From Catajapyx aquilonaris (taxonomy: Eukaryota), in contig KZ538016.1 of the NCBI GenBank assembly GCA_000934665.2, positions 62,001 through 126,000 on the forward strand: a stretch of DNA of 64,000 nt, in the 5' to 3' direction. The position numbers and the translations under genes were made by a program. The notes under the pieces were generated by a model, which worked only from the letters and a program-made list of their open reading frames with translations, made no database searches and was not told the DNA's origin. Of this stretch, positions 1 through 13,531 are shown one piece after another. The first letter of the stretch is position 1. Each line of letters opens with the position of its first letter.

Positions 1-18
1 GTCAAAACGCGGTCTCAC

Positions 19-170
19 CCAATAGGGTGGCAGGATTGAATTGACAGCCAATAGCATGGCTGGATTGAATTGACAGTAAATAGCATAGCTGGATCAAAAC
101 TGACAGCCAATAGCATAGCTGGATCAAAACTGACAGCCAATAGCGATTTAGTAGTCAATCGACCAATAGG
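19..170. repeat. Minisatellite, about 5 copies of a 29-30 bp unit (CCAATAGCATAGCTGGATCAAAACTGACAG-like)
   Basis: Units start at 19, 48, 77, 107 and 137, with a final CCAATAG at 163. Confidence 0.9.
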
Positions 171-3100
171 AAAAGGCCTACTGTCGTCATTTGGCAATTG
201 GGCTTGTGACGTCACGACCATTCACGTAATGAGTGATGGCGAGTGTGTCCTCATTTTCTCCAGTGTTCGGGGCCATTCAGAGCCAAGTATGAGCAGTCGG
301 GTTGAGGAAATGAATTCCGTTGAAGGACGTAGACTACTGGAGACGAGGACGGGTGGGTACCGTGGGGGGAGATCCGTCTGCGGTTGCGCTGCGCCTAAAT
401 AAACAAGCGAGTCAATGTTTACATCATGTCTAACCATGCAGGGTGTCGATGAATCACGTATCCTGGATGGAATGCAGACTATACACTCAGCATTGCTCCA
501 CATTGACAACTGGTAAGAAAGGACACGGCCGCTCCCCCCGGCACACAGATGGCCAACAAGCCAGGAAATTCGGCCCATTAGGCCCGCAGTTTGTAGCCTT
601 TTGCCGAGCATAAAATATCCGAAGCAGAACCCCCCATCCCAACCAATGCCATCTGCAGTTTGGCTCGTATATATAGCTCCCCATGCTATGGGAACACACA
701 CGACACACTGACCCTGCCCACCTATGACAGAGGGGGGGTTCCCTTTCCAATGTTGATGCTGCAAATATTTGCATAGCCTTTCAATTTGCATAAACACCAG
801 GACCCCCAAGTTCTGACACGCCGTTCGATCTGAGTGTCATGGTTACATCTGCAAAATGTCGATCGGCCCCCGTAAAGTGTGACGCACAACCCGCATTTCG
901 CCATCTCTCCTTTTTTCCCCGAGACAATCGGAATCGAAGGTTATCTGCAGGAGAAGATCTGTCCTTTGGCAGGGAGAGAAATATAATAATATAGGGGCTT
1001 GCATCTGACATCGATCCTGTGTCTAAAAATGGCGTTCCTAGAAGCAGCAGCCGGGTGTGTTATGTCAACTGGTATATATGGTCATGCCTCGATTGGCTCC
1101 ATGATATTAAATGCGCCTTCTATCTGAATAAACACTGCTTGGATAGGTCGAAATGTGACTAGTTGTGCCAGTACATATCAAAGTCCAACTGGTCGGATTC
1201 ATTTGTAAACATGATTCGGCCTCGAAGGTCACCGGTTTGACGCCGTACCGTCAAGAGGACACGTGAACTGGTTTGGTGGAAAATTGATCAGCCGAGAAGC
1301 TGGATGGGAGATAAGTCTTTTCATCTGACCAAAAGACTTCCGGGTAGGATTCGCTTCTCTGACAGTGAAAAAGTGCGTCTGTCCGATGTAAATGAGGTCA
1401 GGATTGAGAAACAACACGGACGGAGTGGGGCACGTACTGTATCGGCAGCGAGCGAGAAGCCCAAAACGTGCCCCGATAGCGCAAACCCGGCGACAAAAAA
1501 GTGCTTATGTGCAACAAATTCCTCCAGTCGGCAGCAGGAAAAGCCAGCCTCAACTGGTATCAATGTGCAAAAACTGCAAACCGACATACAGTCGCCTCTC
1601 GCACAGCAATGTGCCACGCTGTAAATGTACAGCACGCTGCACCTGCCTGATCATCGGCATGCAATAAAACGACGATTTGTCACTGACAGACAGGCCTCTT
1701 CAACTTGGGGCGATAACCTGCAGGGACTATGATCCGGCCCTGAATAGGTGGTGGAATAGAGTCTAGAGATAGAGAATAAATAGGGGGGGGGGGGGGGGGA
1801 ATAAGCTGACTCTCTGATCTTTCGACTGTCTGATTACTTCAGTGTTCCCGTCTGCTGTACATGGATAAGAAAATGTACGATGATTGCATATTACGGCACT
1901 ATTTTAAGAGACGGACTTCACCCGACGTAATCTGTGATGTGGCAGCACTAATTTGGAAGGGACAAACCTGGAGTCCTGGTTATAATTATCTGGGAGAAAA
2001 AACAGATAATTGGTGGTTGGCCTCGATTTGCTATCTGTGGTGATTACTTGCACTCACTCAAAGAAGTGCGAAAATCAGGCAGGAGCATATTGCTCCATAT
2101 TGAGAATAAAATCACCTTATATGAAGTAAATCATGTTGCACTTGCAACACAGAGAAAACTATCTCCTATATACATCATGACAGGTTTGGCTAGAGCCAAT
2201 AGAATTTATTATAATATTTTCTATACCTTAATATTACCTTATGCAATATACATTGAGTGCATCCCCATGAGGCCTTCTCCAGATACTGATCATTCTCTGA
2301 ATAATTGATCAAGGGCAGCCTGAAAGGGCAAAGGCGATTTGTTTGTTCCTTCCCCAACAACACGGTATATTTGTGAGCTTTTGTAATGCACCTGATTATT
2401 TAAGCCGCAACTTACCAAACCACCATTATACGCAATACAGCCTCCAGGCACTTGACTAATTCATAAGGAATCATAATGTAAACAACTCCGTGCCAGCATC
2501 GCATCTCCTGTAATGTATACTTCACCCTTGGATACGTCGCACGGGAACTCGAACCTCTCAGGATGTAAAGCAACACCTAAATCGTGCTCTATCCCTTTTT
2601 TAAAAAAATAGTAAGGCAGACGGTTCACCTCGTATAACCTCCCATTAATCGGCTCCATATAATCAGCAGTCCCTATAGTGGCAGCCTAAGCATACTGGCT
2701 AGACACTTTAACGCTATAGACGTTGGCAGTGGAAAGGAAAAAATAGTGGGGCCCACTAGAGCAGATGAGGTGGAAAAATCCTTTGGATTCGTACAAGTTA
2801 GGACCCATTTCCAGGCTGGTAATGGGCGGTAAATCAGGAGGTGGGAAGGAGAGATAAAAGGAGGGCCTGGAGGAGATATGGAGTGTGTGTGGTTGCGACC
2901 AGACTCTATAGTTGGCTGGAGGAAACTGGCTGGGGCCATGTTTAATTCATCTGCCTGCCTGCCTGGGGATCCTATCGTCCTGCGGCAGTGCAAATCTTGG
3001 GGGCTAATTCAGAAAAGGAGGCCGTTACCACCAGAATCACTTTTCCTGAGGCTCCTGGTATGAAAGGGGGCAGGCCTTCCGGTCCCCAATTAAAGCCGCC

Positions 3101-6100
3101 TATTAAGATGACGTAGGGGACGGACGGACAAGAGGCGGCCGCCATTTGGGCCGACTTTGTATTGCCACCCTCATGGCGGGGAGTCTTCCGCCTACACGAC
3201 TTTTCCATCCCTCATGCCGGCTCCTTCTGTCTCTTATTATGGGGGCTTTAGAAGGAGCCTGCTGAGGAAGCGCCTCTCTTCTTAGGCACTGAGGTAATGG
3301 CGGATCCGGCACTTCCACATCTTGGATTTTTCTGCAGCTTTCGCCATCCACGCCCTACCTTTTCTTGCTCAATCCTATACACGCATCAGACATATACCTG
3401 CTCAACCCCTCATCCTGTTCAGAGCCCCAACCCTCCTTGATGGACATATCCTGTGGATGGACATGTGCTGTAGCGGTCTGAACAAAAAGGTTTTCGCGTG
3501 TAACTAGCATAACACTTATTGTACGGAAATGTTTAAAACGCGCGTGCTGATTTTTGGCACAAAAGGAGTTGGCATTGTTGCCAATGTGTCTGTGTCACGA
3601 AAGGTGACATCTTGTCTTATAACTATACCCATCCTCTGAAATTATTCCAGCATGCCAAAGACACACTATGTCACTTGCATGTCGTATTTGGTGCTGCTTT
3701 TCAATTTTAAAAATGTTCACACCGAACAGCCCGCAGTCAAAAGAATGCAGCATCAGGAGAGATGGGTGAATATTGGATGTGGGGTGGCCATGGTTACCGG
3801 GGAGGCTGATGCTGAGGTCACATCTGCTACATGTGCCGCATAGTTCCGATTTTGTTTTCTCTTGGGTTGAGGACGCCCAGTGGAGAGGTGCTATCTCGAT
3901 ATATACGGTGACAAGACCGCGATTCAAGGGGTGGACACCGCGGTCCTCCGCAATCGCGGTTCGTGTCACACACTTGTCACAATGGCCTTGTCACCCGTCT
4001 GAGAACTAGAGACGCTCCAGGAAGCCTGGAATTTTCCGATCCAATGTTGCGCAATGTAGCAAAATATATATAGCCCACATAATGCGATAGTAAAATAATG
4101 ATATCTACATGCCCACAATCCCAACAAAGTAGTCGGCCCTACGCGTTAAATTGAAATTCCGCATAAAAATTTTCTCTCTAATAATATCAGCAGTACATAT
4201 TTGGTAGACTAGCCGTAGGGCCTACACACCACGTCTTTTGGACGCCTGCTAAAATTCCAAGTAACGATTCGCCCGATTCGCCCTCCCCACTTTTTAAATT
4301 TTAGTTTGACTCACCATGAAAATCTAGGTAACGCTGATGAAACCTCCCATAACTTTAACCAGAGGAAATGCCCGCCAACCACCTGGGACCACACTTCCTT
4401 ATGTGCTGCTCTAGCCCCTCCCCGAATATCCGGCTATTAAAAGAAACTCCCCACAAATTTTCTGAAAACTGTGGATTTTTGTTGGACACCGGACCATCCG
4501 CTGGGGCCCCGATAAGAAAGAAAACTGGCTTCCAGAAGGCTTTGGTCAGCCGAAAAGGAGGTTGGAAAGTGGCGAGATAATGCTGCACCGTAATAATTAT
4601 AGAGGGCCTTTAGGAATGATTTAGACTCGACCAGCAAACTATGTATGGCCCTCTAAATCAGGCGGGGTTGAACAGGGGGAAGCCATGACAGGGTAAAAGA
4701 AGTGCTTAGTACCGTGACGCCGAAGGCCGCATGAAGGTCGGTCCACAAGCTTTTACGGCTTTGCACGTGGAGGATAGTTTTACAGGAAGTGCCGGCAAAG
4801 TCTTTAAGTACGTGTCATTATTCTGGGAAATATCATTTGGAGGTAGTAAACCCCCTTTTCTGGGGAGCCCAGTCTGTTTACTCGGTGCTTGGTGTTTCCA
4901 CGATGCATTAGAAGTGATGGCGCAATACATAAATATAGTAGTGCCATTCACATTATAGATATCCACCTGCCAGGACATGGCGCCAAAAGGTTACAAATTG
5001 CGCGGGAAGGGAGACTAAACACTCACAGTCCAAGTTCTTCGCATTTCGGGGCTTCAGGAATGTGTAAGTCGGAATGTCCTCATTATGCGTAATAGTGTGA
5101 GTCAAAAGATGGTTCAGAAAATTCGACCATATAAAAGTGTGTAGTCAATGACTTTTCAGCGATTACAAAATGCTAATTATGCAATGTGGGCATGCTGCCA
5201 GTGTGGTTGCGGGAAGCTTACAAAAATGAACCTGCCATATAACTATAATGCGCATATCTACCTGGAATAATTTTTGCAGAACACACGTGCACTTGCATTT
5301 TGAAACATTGCAGAAGATAAGGCCAAAGACAAAAATTGCTTTCTTCCCCGAGCAAGTGCACCTCATGGGGAGGCTAGAGCAATATTGTGATAACCCTGCT
5401 GATGGAATGAGAGTCCAAGGCGACATATGGGGCATTCTGCTCGGATTTTGTGTTTATTTGAAAATGGGTTTCTGGCAAGGCTGAGAGAGGTAGCATTACT
5501 AAATAGGAATAATGACTTTTTCAAGGTTCTGCGCTATTATCGGCCAAAGTACCCTCGTTGTGTACATATGAAGCGGAGTTTCGAGTACAGCCCCAGTATA
5601 TATACGCATATAATAATATGAGAGTATAGCACCTCACTAATTAATTTGGAAGCCGGCTCAAGAAAGATGGAGCTCCATAAAAGTTGGCGCTTTTACCTCC
5701 ATGGGGACCTGTTAGCAAAATTAAACCGGACAAGATGAGCTCAGTCGAGTGTGTATATTCTAATAACATGCCGTGTCGATTCACACGCGCTGCGGCCAAA
5801 AGGCAAAACAGGGTGCTATGTATGCGAACAAATTGATGTTTATGAAAGGCCACGTTCTGGGGGTGCCATTTCTGGGCTATGTCCGACCAGAATCATCCAT
5901 TAGCTTAATGGTAAGAGGGTTCCTCCATATACACGCAGACAAAAGTTTGCCCCCAAATTTGAACCTCAAATGTTATCTTATTTTGTACGGATCCGATTAA
6001 TATTTTTAAAATTGATAAAGAACGTGTTAGATGCACTCGAATTGCAATGATAGTGTGCTTGTTTATGGCTTGCACCAAAGTGCACGATTGCAACCAGTGC

Positions 6101-8328
6101 ATATGGCCAGAGCTTATCTGCATCTTGCAGATATGTCCGGTGCAATAGTCTTTTGAAAGCGAAGTAAAAACAAGTGTGAGATCTGCACTAGTCGTTATTA
6201 TCTTCAAACAGAAAAATATATTGTAGGAATGAGAAAAAAATATTCGACTAACAAGAGTCTTGGCAATATTTTTGGTCCCTTTTTTCCACTTCAACTACTG
6301 ATAAGCAGAAAGATGGACAGTGCTGATCTAATGAAAATTGCAGGTTTGCCCTGACATTGAGATATGGTTTATTTAATCACGTGGAAGAGCATCTAGACTG
6401 AATCCCTTATAAGGGTGGTGTAAAGGTCTGTAATTTTTTTTTAAAATCCATCCAGAAGTGATGAAAACACCGATGAGTAATCGCTATTTCTACAGCCGGC
6501 GATAAAACCGATGCAAAATCCTCTATGTAAGCCTAGTCTTAGGTAAGGCGAACTGAGCCTCGCAATCACATAATAAACCATGGTATAATCTCCATAAGGA
6601 AATTCAGCCCAGTATTTTTAAAAAATATTCATATTTGCAATATCTGCAAATAAAATGCGGGATATTTATCTCTGCCAATAATTTAAAAAATCGGCTAGTC
6701 TTCACACCGACCTGGCAAGTGTAAGGCTCCAATCTACTTGTAAATAGGTCAGATATTTCTTGGCGAGCAAAACAAGCGCGGGCATTTATTTCCTGGGAAC
6801 TATTTTGGTTTGACAGCTTCGTGATGCTCTAGCAGCTGGCTCAAAAAGAACAGAAAAGAGATGGGTGGTGGGGAGGAGATACAGAAAGTTGTCTCAACCG
6901 TGTAAAAATTCCGTTTCCTGAGGGAGGTATGATTACAGGCATCACGTCCTTCTATTGCACCTCTGAGAATCCATATAGTTGGTTCATGACGTTGCAGGAG
7001 ATAGTGCGTGAGGAAGCTCGGCCAGCAAAAAAACAGAAGCCAAAGTTCATCAGACATGAACTTGGCGAGTCGAAAGTCTAACAGTGCAGGACTACCAGAC
7101 AGATTCGGCACATCAGATTTGCTGTAATGGCTGGTTCAAATTCACTGATTTCTTATCACATATCACATAACACACGCTGGAGTAAACAATCTGCGACTTT
7201 TTCAGGCCAGTGTACCATCCTAACACATATACATCAAAAAGTGTAGGAAGCATATGATTTGCTTCGTGCAAATCCCTAGGTTGAAGTGCAGCATTGGAGT
7301 GGGTCTCACAGAAGCAAGTAAAGAATCGGAGCACGTAGCAACATTCTCGCAAACCTGACATTTCCTTAAAAGGTCCATTTTCTGGTGGGCTTGAGCCCCG
7401 CTCTTTTCCTGACAGTTGAAGTTATCACAGAGGTAAAGCCCCCATTCCTAGTGGGCAAGAAAATAAGTAGCAATAAAACTCCTTCCCAAAGAAGGAAGAT
7501 TTACAGTCGACCTTCCGATCCTTCCACTGAAGGTATCAGAGCAGCAGGCAAGTGATGGCAACATCTGTCTCCATGACACATGGACACATTCACCCCCACC
7601 GAAATTTTGAGCAAAAATAATACTTCCCATTCGGCTCCTTGACACCAGCTCCGAATGACGCCATATAACACCCACAATCCTAAAAGTCCACGCATATGAA
7701 GTTCCTCCTCCAAAAGGAATGGGGGGGAAAAAAAAGACTTTTCTTCCCTCATGGTCGTATAAGATGTTGAACTTGCTGGATCCTTTGCAAAGCCTGTTGA
7801 GATGGTCGTAAAACGATAAGTTTCGTTCCGGGATAAGACAGGGGCCGTCACTCTGCTCTACAAAACGGACATGTCTTGGAGGCATTCGCACTCCCTTACA
7901 TTTTACAACGGTGTATCCCATCCTCCACTAGACAAGCTCATCACGTTACGTGATACGCACATAAGCCGGTCTTATATATGCAACGAGGACTTTAAGGCTC
8001 TCTCAGGATTGGAGTTTACACAGTGCTCTACAGACTTTTAGGAGGTCAGTCAGGACAGGTGCTGGGAGTTGTTGCACTTGTCTTGCTCCACTGGGCCAAC
8101 TCGGGAGGTAAAAAGTTTGACCACTTCCTAAAGTTCCGGAGGGGTCAGAAGTTACTGGGGAAATGAGGGCCAATTAATTAAACAACAGAGCACTTGTTGG
8201 GAGATGAAGGTCCGGCCATCCAGCAAAAGGGGCTTGCAGACCGAAATAATTATCAAAGTACGGAATAAACTTTGTCTCAAATTTCAAGAATATGCTCACC
8301 CTATAAGTCTGTAAGTACTGTTTATACC

Positions 8329-8661
8329 AGGGTGTAGGCTGTAATTCGGGACATACTTATACATGGTATATGTAGGGGCTGCCAAGAGAAGCAATTTGAG
8401 ATTGGACACCCAGCATGGTCGGAAACCCATCTAAACGGAGCTAAGGAGTCTCCAAGGCCCATTATTGTAACAATATTTCAATTGTTGGATGAAACTGTTT
8501 ATAACAAAAACACAACAATAGTGTTACAACAATGGGATGACAATGGGCCTAGGAGGCTCCGTTGGGATGGGTTTCCGACCATGGGTGTCCTATCTGAAAT
8601 TGCTTCTCTTGGCAGCCCCCACATACCCTGTAAGTCTGTCCCGAATTACAGCCTACACCCT
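8329..8661. mobile_element. Fold-back MITE-like element with imperfect terminal inverted repeats of about 150 bp
   Basis: The left arm AGGGTGTAGGCTGTAATTCGGGACA...GGGGCTGCCAAGAGAAGCAATTT...CATGGTCGGAAACCCATC...CCCATTATTGTAACAATATT is mirrored by 8517-8661. TA dinucleotides lie a few bases outside both ends, and the (C)AGGGTG termini resemble Tc1/mariner-type ends. Confidence 0.8.
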
Positions 8662-11600
8662 ATGTATATTGCTAAATGCTACCGTGACCTTTTCCAGCAT
8701 CTCCCAACTTATTCCTGGATGAAATTCGTTAGAAAGCGTAGGCTTAAGTTTCATCCTAAGCAGCTTATTATTAATAGTAATGGGAAAAATAGGTTACGTA
8801 ATTCTCAACGTAAGTATACCTGAAATATACTCTCCCAGCTCATTAATTTCAACTGATTACGTTATTGTACGTTGATTTTGTGCAAAATACGCTGGCGTTC
8901 TTATGACAATATATTGCTGGTCGTACATGTTACACATATTTGGAATAACACGGGGGTATTCCAGTGTTGAACCCGCAGCCTCAGGTGTTGTATTGATTGA
9001 CGTGGACCCGCATTGTGTGTGTGCGTACCGAACTGCTGCACCGATCCGACCCCGGAGTTCAAACAAGTGATTCCGCTTCCTGCATATCACTCGCTTTTGT
9101 GCCGAATTACGTCCTCTCTCGCCCTAATGAAATATTTGGCGACTACACCCAGTGATTAGCAAAATTAATTGATGGGACCCACTGGAAAATTCATGAATTT
9201 GGGGGCGGCCGGTTGCATCCAGCCGGGTGACAACAAATTGGGAAAAAGCTGGAGCGATGCTCCATGTCCCGGATTGGTCGTTGACCGGTTCAGAAGCACC
9301 CCCAGAAAAAGAGATTGAGAGACCCCCCCNCCCCCCCCCGGATTTTTGCCAGCAAAAATCGAAATACACCTTTGAGCTGCTCCGAAGCATTCAAAAGCAA
9401 CCCCCTCGTTAGAGCCCAGATCAAAAGAGAGGGCCTCCAGGATGAAGCGGACTATTTCTCGGGGAAAACATATTTTTTTCCCTCCTCCACACACTGCTTC
9501 TAACCTTTCAACACTTCTTTTTATATCCACAGAAAATGGTGGCACCCACAGTTCACCGCAGTATTGTTCGGGAAGATCACAAAAAATGATCTGCAGTTTA
9601 TATATACACAAGAGTTGAGTTTCCCGCGGCGTCACACAGAATTCACCTGGCTTCTGTTTTCCTCATTCCCACGTAAACGAAGCCACTGAAATTCACAAAA
9701 ATGGGAAAGAAAAAACTCCAGGCATCCATGGCAGCTCGGTGTTTGATATATGCCTCCAGAGTTTCTGCGTAGTTTTTCCCCATGCCATTACCCATTCTGT
9801 CTCTTCCTTTTGTATACTGACGTGATCATTTGGTGCACTCTGCGGCTTCTGTATATACCTGGGACGTATATATACCGCCCGGAAACAGGGTGTGTCGTAA
9901 TTATACATGCAAAACTTCCCAGACGAGTTCGTGGGCTCACAAGTAACATTTTACGTAGAGGTATCAGAATTAAGAAGCCTTAATATCAAAGGAGCAGGCA
10001 GTTTATGTTTGAAGAAGGAAAAAAATATATAGTAACAGTGCATGATCCCGCGTAATACTCAAAAACCTAACAAGTTCGTTTGAATCATTATACCGAAACC
10101 CTTATGTGAAGCTTGAAAAAATACTGTAAGAAACGTACTTTCATCATAATAAAACAGCATACAGAGCGAGTTGCTAATTGGAGGTGGTACTAAAAATAGG
10201 GGTTCAAAGAAAGTTTTTTTTTTTTGAATAAAAACTCTCGTGGGAAATTCGTAGGTACTTTTACATCATCATAAGTTATTACCGGAAACTGTCCGTGTTT
10301 TAACTTACACTGCGTACTTGCATGTGCTGCAACTTAATGTGCATCCTGACCTTAGTCAAGTTTGGGCTGGTTACATAAGCATGCCGATTAAAATCAAGGT
10401 TGTATAGCCGTGTGGTGGGAATAAACCATGTTTATGTATAAATGGTGATCTCACTGAACATTTTTCAACATGTTTCTATAGGATGAAAACTGTACGTTAT
10501 TTTAAATATTGCACAGATACTTTATTTATCCAAGGCTATCGGCTTAAGCACCTAATCGACTCATGCCATAAATAAAAGAGCGCTAAACCGATTCCGCCGA
10601 TTAATAACTAAAAGAAACGCCTATACATTTTAGCTAAAAGTAGCTTTCATAAGTATTTTAACTAGCTATCGGCAGCAATAATTCATGCATCAGGTGCACT
10701 TTCCAACATTTATGACGCCCAGTTAGCCCGAATACGAATGTACCTCACATAAACCACAGGCTGTAATAGTTACGTGCTCAGAATAATCTATCGCAACACA
10801 ATTTTTTTTTTAAATCCAATTATTCTCACCACGTTCAGTGACCCGACATTATTTTGGCGATGGCATACACGTGTTTTGGAACTGCCCTTCTCGTGTTCTG
10901 CTCCTTCCCTCCCCCCCTCTCAGTTCAATTACACACGTTGAAAAGCGTGCATTGTGTTCCACAAATAGCTGCTCTCCATTTTTGTCATCGAATTACAGAT
11001 TATGATCATTTTGCTGGGCGGACCGCAGTTGGCAACCCATCTCTTCTCCTTAATGACACATAATTTATGCCCTCTCATAAAGTTAATAACCGACGAGGAT
11101 CTAGCAGCCAAGGTATAAAAAATGGCAATTTAAACTAATTTTCAATATGGCCCAGGCTTGGATTTGCGTGCGTAAAGGTAATACAATTTAATGGCCGCGG
11201 GGTCGTAAACGTAATAAAACAATTTGGAGGAGAATCATCATCAATTTTGCTTCACAAGACGGGAGATGTGCTTGGTAATGATCAACGGCAGCCATTTTGG
11301 AGCAAACATTTTTTTTTTTTAAAGGAAGGGTCCAAGTTTTAGCTTGAAAACCAGGAGTTAATTCAATTCTCCGAGCACGTTGGCTGTCGAATACTGTAAT
11401 TACGTTCTGTCATTGAATGTTTCAACACCATTTCGAGAGTTTCCCTGTGTCACTGATGGGGACGGCCCCCTTTATGCACCTGGCAGCAGCCTCTTTCTCC
11501 GCGATAATTACGAATCGATTGAATTTTCATTTTGCTGCCTCCATAAACGGCGATTACTCTAGCGGGAGAAGTAAAGACAAATTTACAATTAATATTCATC

Positions 11601-12438
11601 ACGGATGTCTGCTCAGGGAACCGCCTTCAAATATGATGGGACCTAAAGAGGAAAATATCGCCACCTGGTATAGTATGAAATTGTTCGATATAAAAATGGA
11701 TGCAATTTTTTTCAAACATTTTCCCCATAGAGCTAGTACGGACGTCATTTGCAGCTTCCTCTGGCAATGTATCACTCAGCTGAAAGATAAAAGAGAAACC
11801 CTCCCGGGGGCTAGTTGAACAAGAAGGAATATTTTGGCTGGCGGGACACTTTTGCAGCCGCTAATGAAATACCTCCCAGTGCTTTTGTTATCAAGATCCA
11901 TCACGATGCTTGAAAAATCGGTCTGGCATTGTGCGAGTTGCAAGTGATACCCGGATTCTCCACGGGATCCCTATCGACCGCAGTTTATTTCTTGCCTTTT
12001 ATTCTTTCCTCTGAGTGATAACACGACTCGCCTTTTTCGTATACATAAACAGGGTGATGCAAAACCAACAACCGGATAGTCCAATGCAATTGAAATAAAA
12101 TTATGTCGATTACAACATTTGTCACTTTTCCAATTTTTTTTGTTGCAAATGACTAACGTGTGTAAACATTGCAACTAAATAATTTCCTTACCATTTTCTT
12201 GAACTTCAGGCCACCCTTGCGATGAATGTCCCGCAATAAATATCGCTCAGACATTTTTATTCAGGAGCCAAAGTGATTTACACATCCAGGCTCCGTTTTA
12301 GGAGGCAAAATTGAATCTGTTCTCGGCTAAAATAGCCTTTTTTTTAAATATTAATTTTTATACAAAGCTATGCGTGTCGAGCCAGCACACATGTTTCCAA
12401 AAAAAGGGGGACCATAAATATCCCGAATAACAATTTAA

Positions 12439-13156
12439 GTAAGTTTAAACACACTCACGTCTCAGATATACGATTTGACATCACGCCATTTTGCTGAGCA
12501 GAATTTTTTTTTCTTCCTTTTCCAGCCAAGTAATATAGCGGCTATCAATGTCCGCGCAACCGGACAGGATGGCGGGGTGCGAGCTAGGAAAATGGGCTAA
12601 TCTCGACTCCCACATTGAGAATTCCACTTGGATCGTCTCATTTTCTACTAGGAGAGCAATAGGGAAGTGAGTGGATGCCAGACGAAATGTAAATGGCCAG
12701 CATTAGACAAAAGGTTTCTTTTTCTTCTTCTTCTTTTCCAACAGATTTCAGGATGGACGGAACCTGACACTGGCAGAGAAGTGTCCTATATATAGTTGGG
12801 GGTTATCACACGGACCTCTTATCGTGTTGCCCGGACACCGATCATCTCCGGAAACTATGAAGAAGTCAACTCTTGGAAAGATTCCCAGAAAGTTGTTTTG
12901 ACCCCTTCTGCACTTGACGTTTTCTCCGTGTTTTCGTTTGCTTTTACAATTTCGTTCTTTGTTGTTCGGACTGGAGTATCTGGTCCAAAGAAGACAGGGT
13001 AAACAGCTCTCTCTTTCTGTAATTCACTCAAAAGGGCTGCTGGTTTGACGGTATCGGAAGTGAACGGTGCTGAGATAGAAGTTTCTGCAGCGTCTTCTGC
13101 GCTGTCATTTCTAAACGCTGGAAGCAAATATCAAACGAGGTTCATGACCCGTAAGT
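12439..13156 (+). other. Candidate spliced plus-strand transcript (lncRNA or small-ORF gene): introns 12439-12525 and 12667-12744, exons 12526-12666 and 12745-13150
   Basis: Three consensus donors (GTAAGT 12439, GTGAGT 12667, GTAAGT 13151) alternate with two strong polypyrimidine-CAG acceptors, giving 87- and 78-nt introns similar in size to the short aPKC introns. Confidence 0.5.
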
Positions 13157-13474
13157 ATTATCAAAATGGAAGTGTTGTGCAAGACGCAGATCTCAGTATG
13201 TAGGCCTCTAATCTGAATAAGATGCCAGCAGAAAATGCTGTCCAATTGCACTTTGTTATCAGGAATTTGCTTCTGCACACGGGTTCAAGTTGGTGTTGAA
13301 CGAGGCAAACTTTAACCCAGACATGGCTGATTTTAAAAACATTTTTATTTTTATGACCAAATGAACAATAACTGTACAGTGTTGGACATTAATCGCGTCA
13401 TACTGCTTGCGACATTTTCTGATGCGGCAGAAGTGCAAATCGACGTGATAGAGTAAGAAGACGTAGGCCTTGAG

Positions 13475-13531
13475 TGACGTCACCGGCTGGGGGGAAATGG
13501 AGAACAGGCTTATCACCAGCCAATGACGTCA
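13475..13531. promoter_or_regulatory. Pair of perfect CRE palindromes (TGACGTCA), the second overlapping a CCAAT box
   Basis: TGACGTCA at 13475-13482 and 13524-13531; GCCAATGACGTCAC at 13519-13532. Confidence 0.45.

Noticed and set aside
19..170. CRISPR-like repeat array
   Set aside because: The units are head-to-tail with no unique spacers, there are no cas genes, and the context is eukaryotic.
222..809. Longest ORF in the track (195 aa)
   Set aside because: Non-ATG start, no recognisable motif and no convincing splice context; chance or decayed repeat.
12855..13127. Minus-strand 90-aa ORF with a plausible acceptor at 13117
   Set aside because: No ATG, no phase-compatible upstream donor found and no recognisable domain. 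It is antisense to the better-supported plus-strand exon, so it is unsupported rather than excluded.
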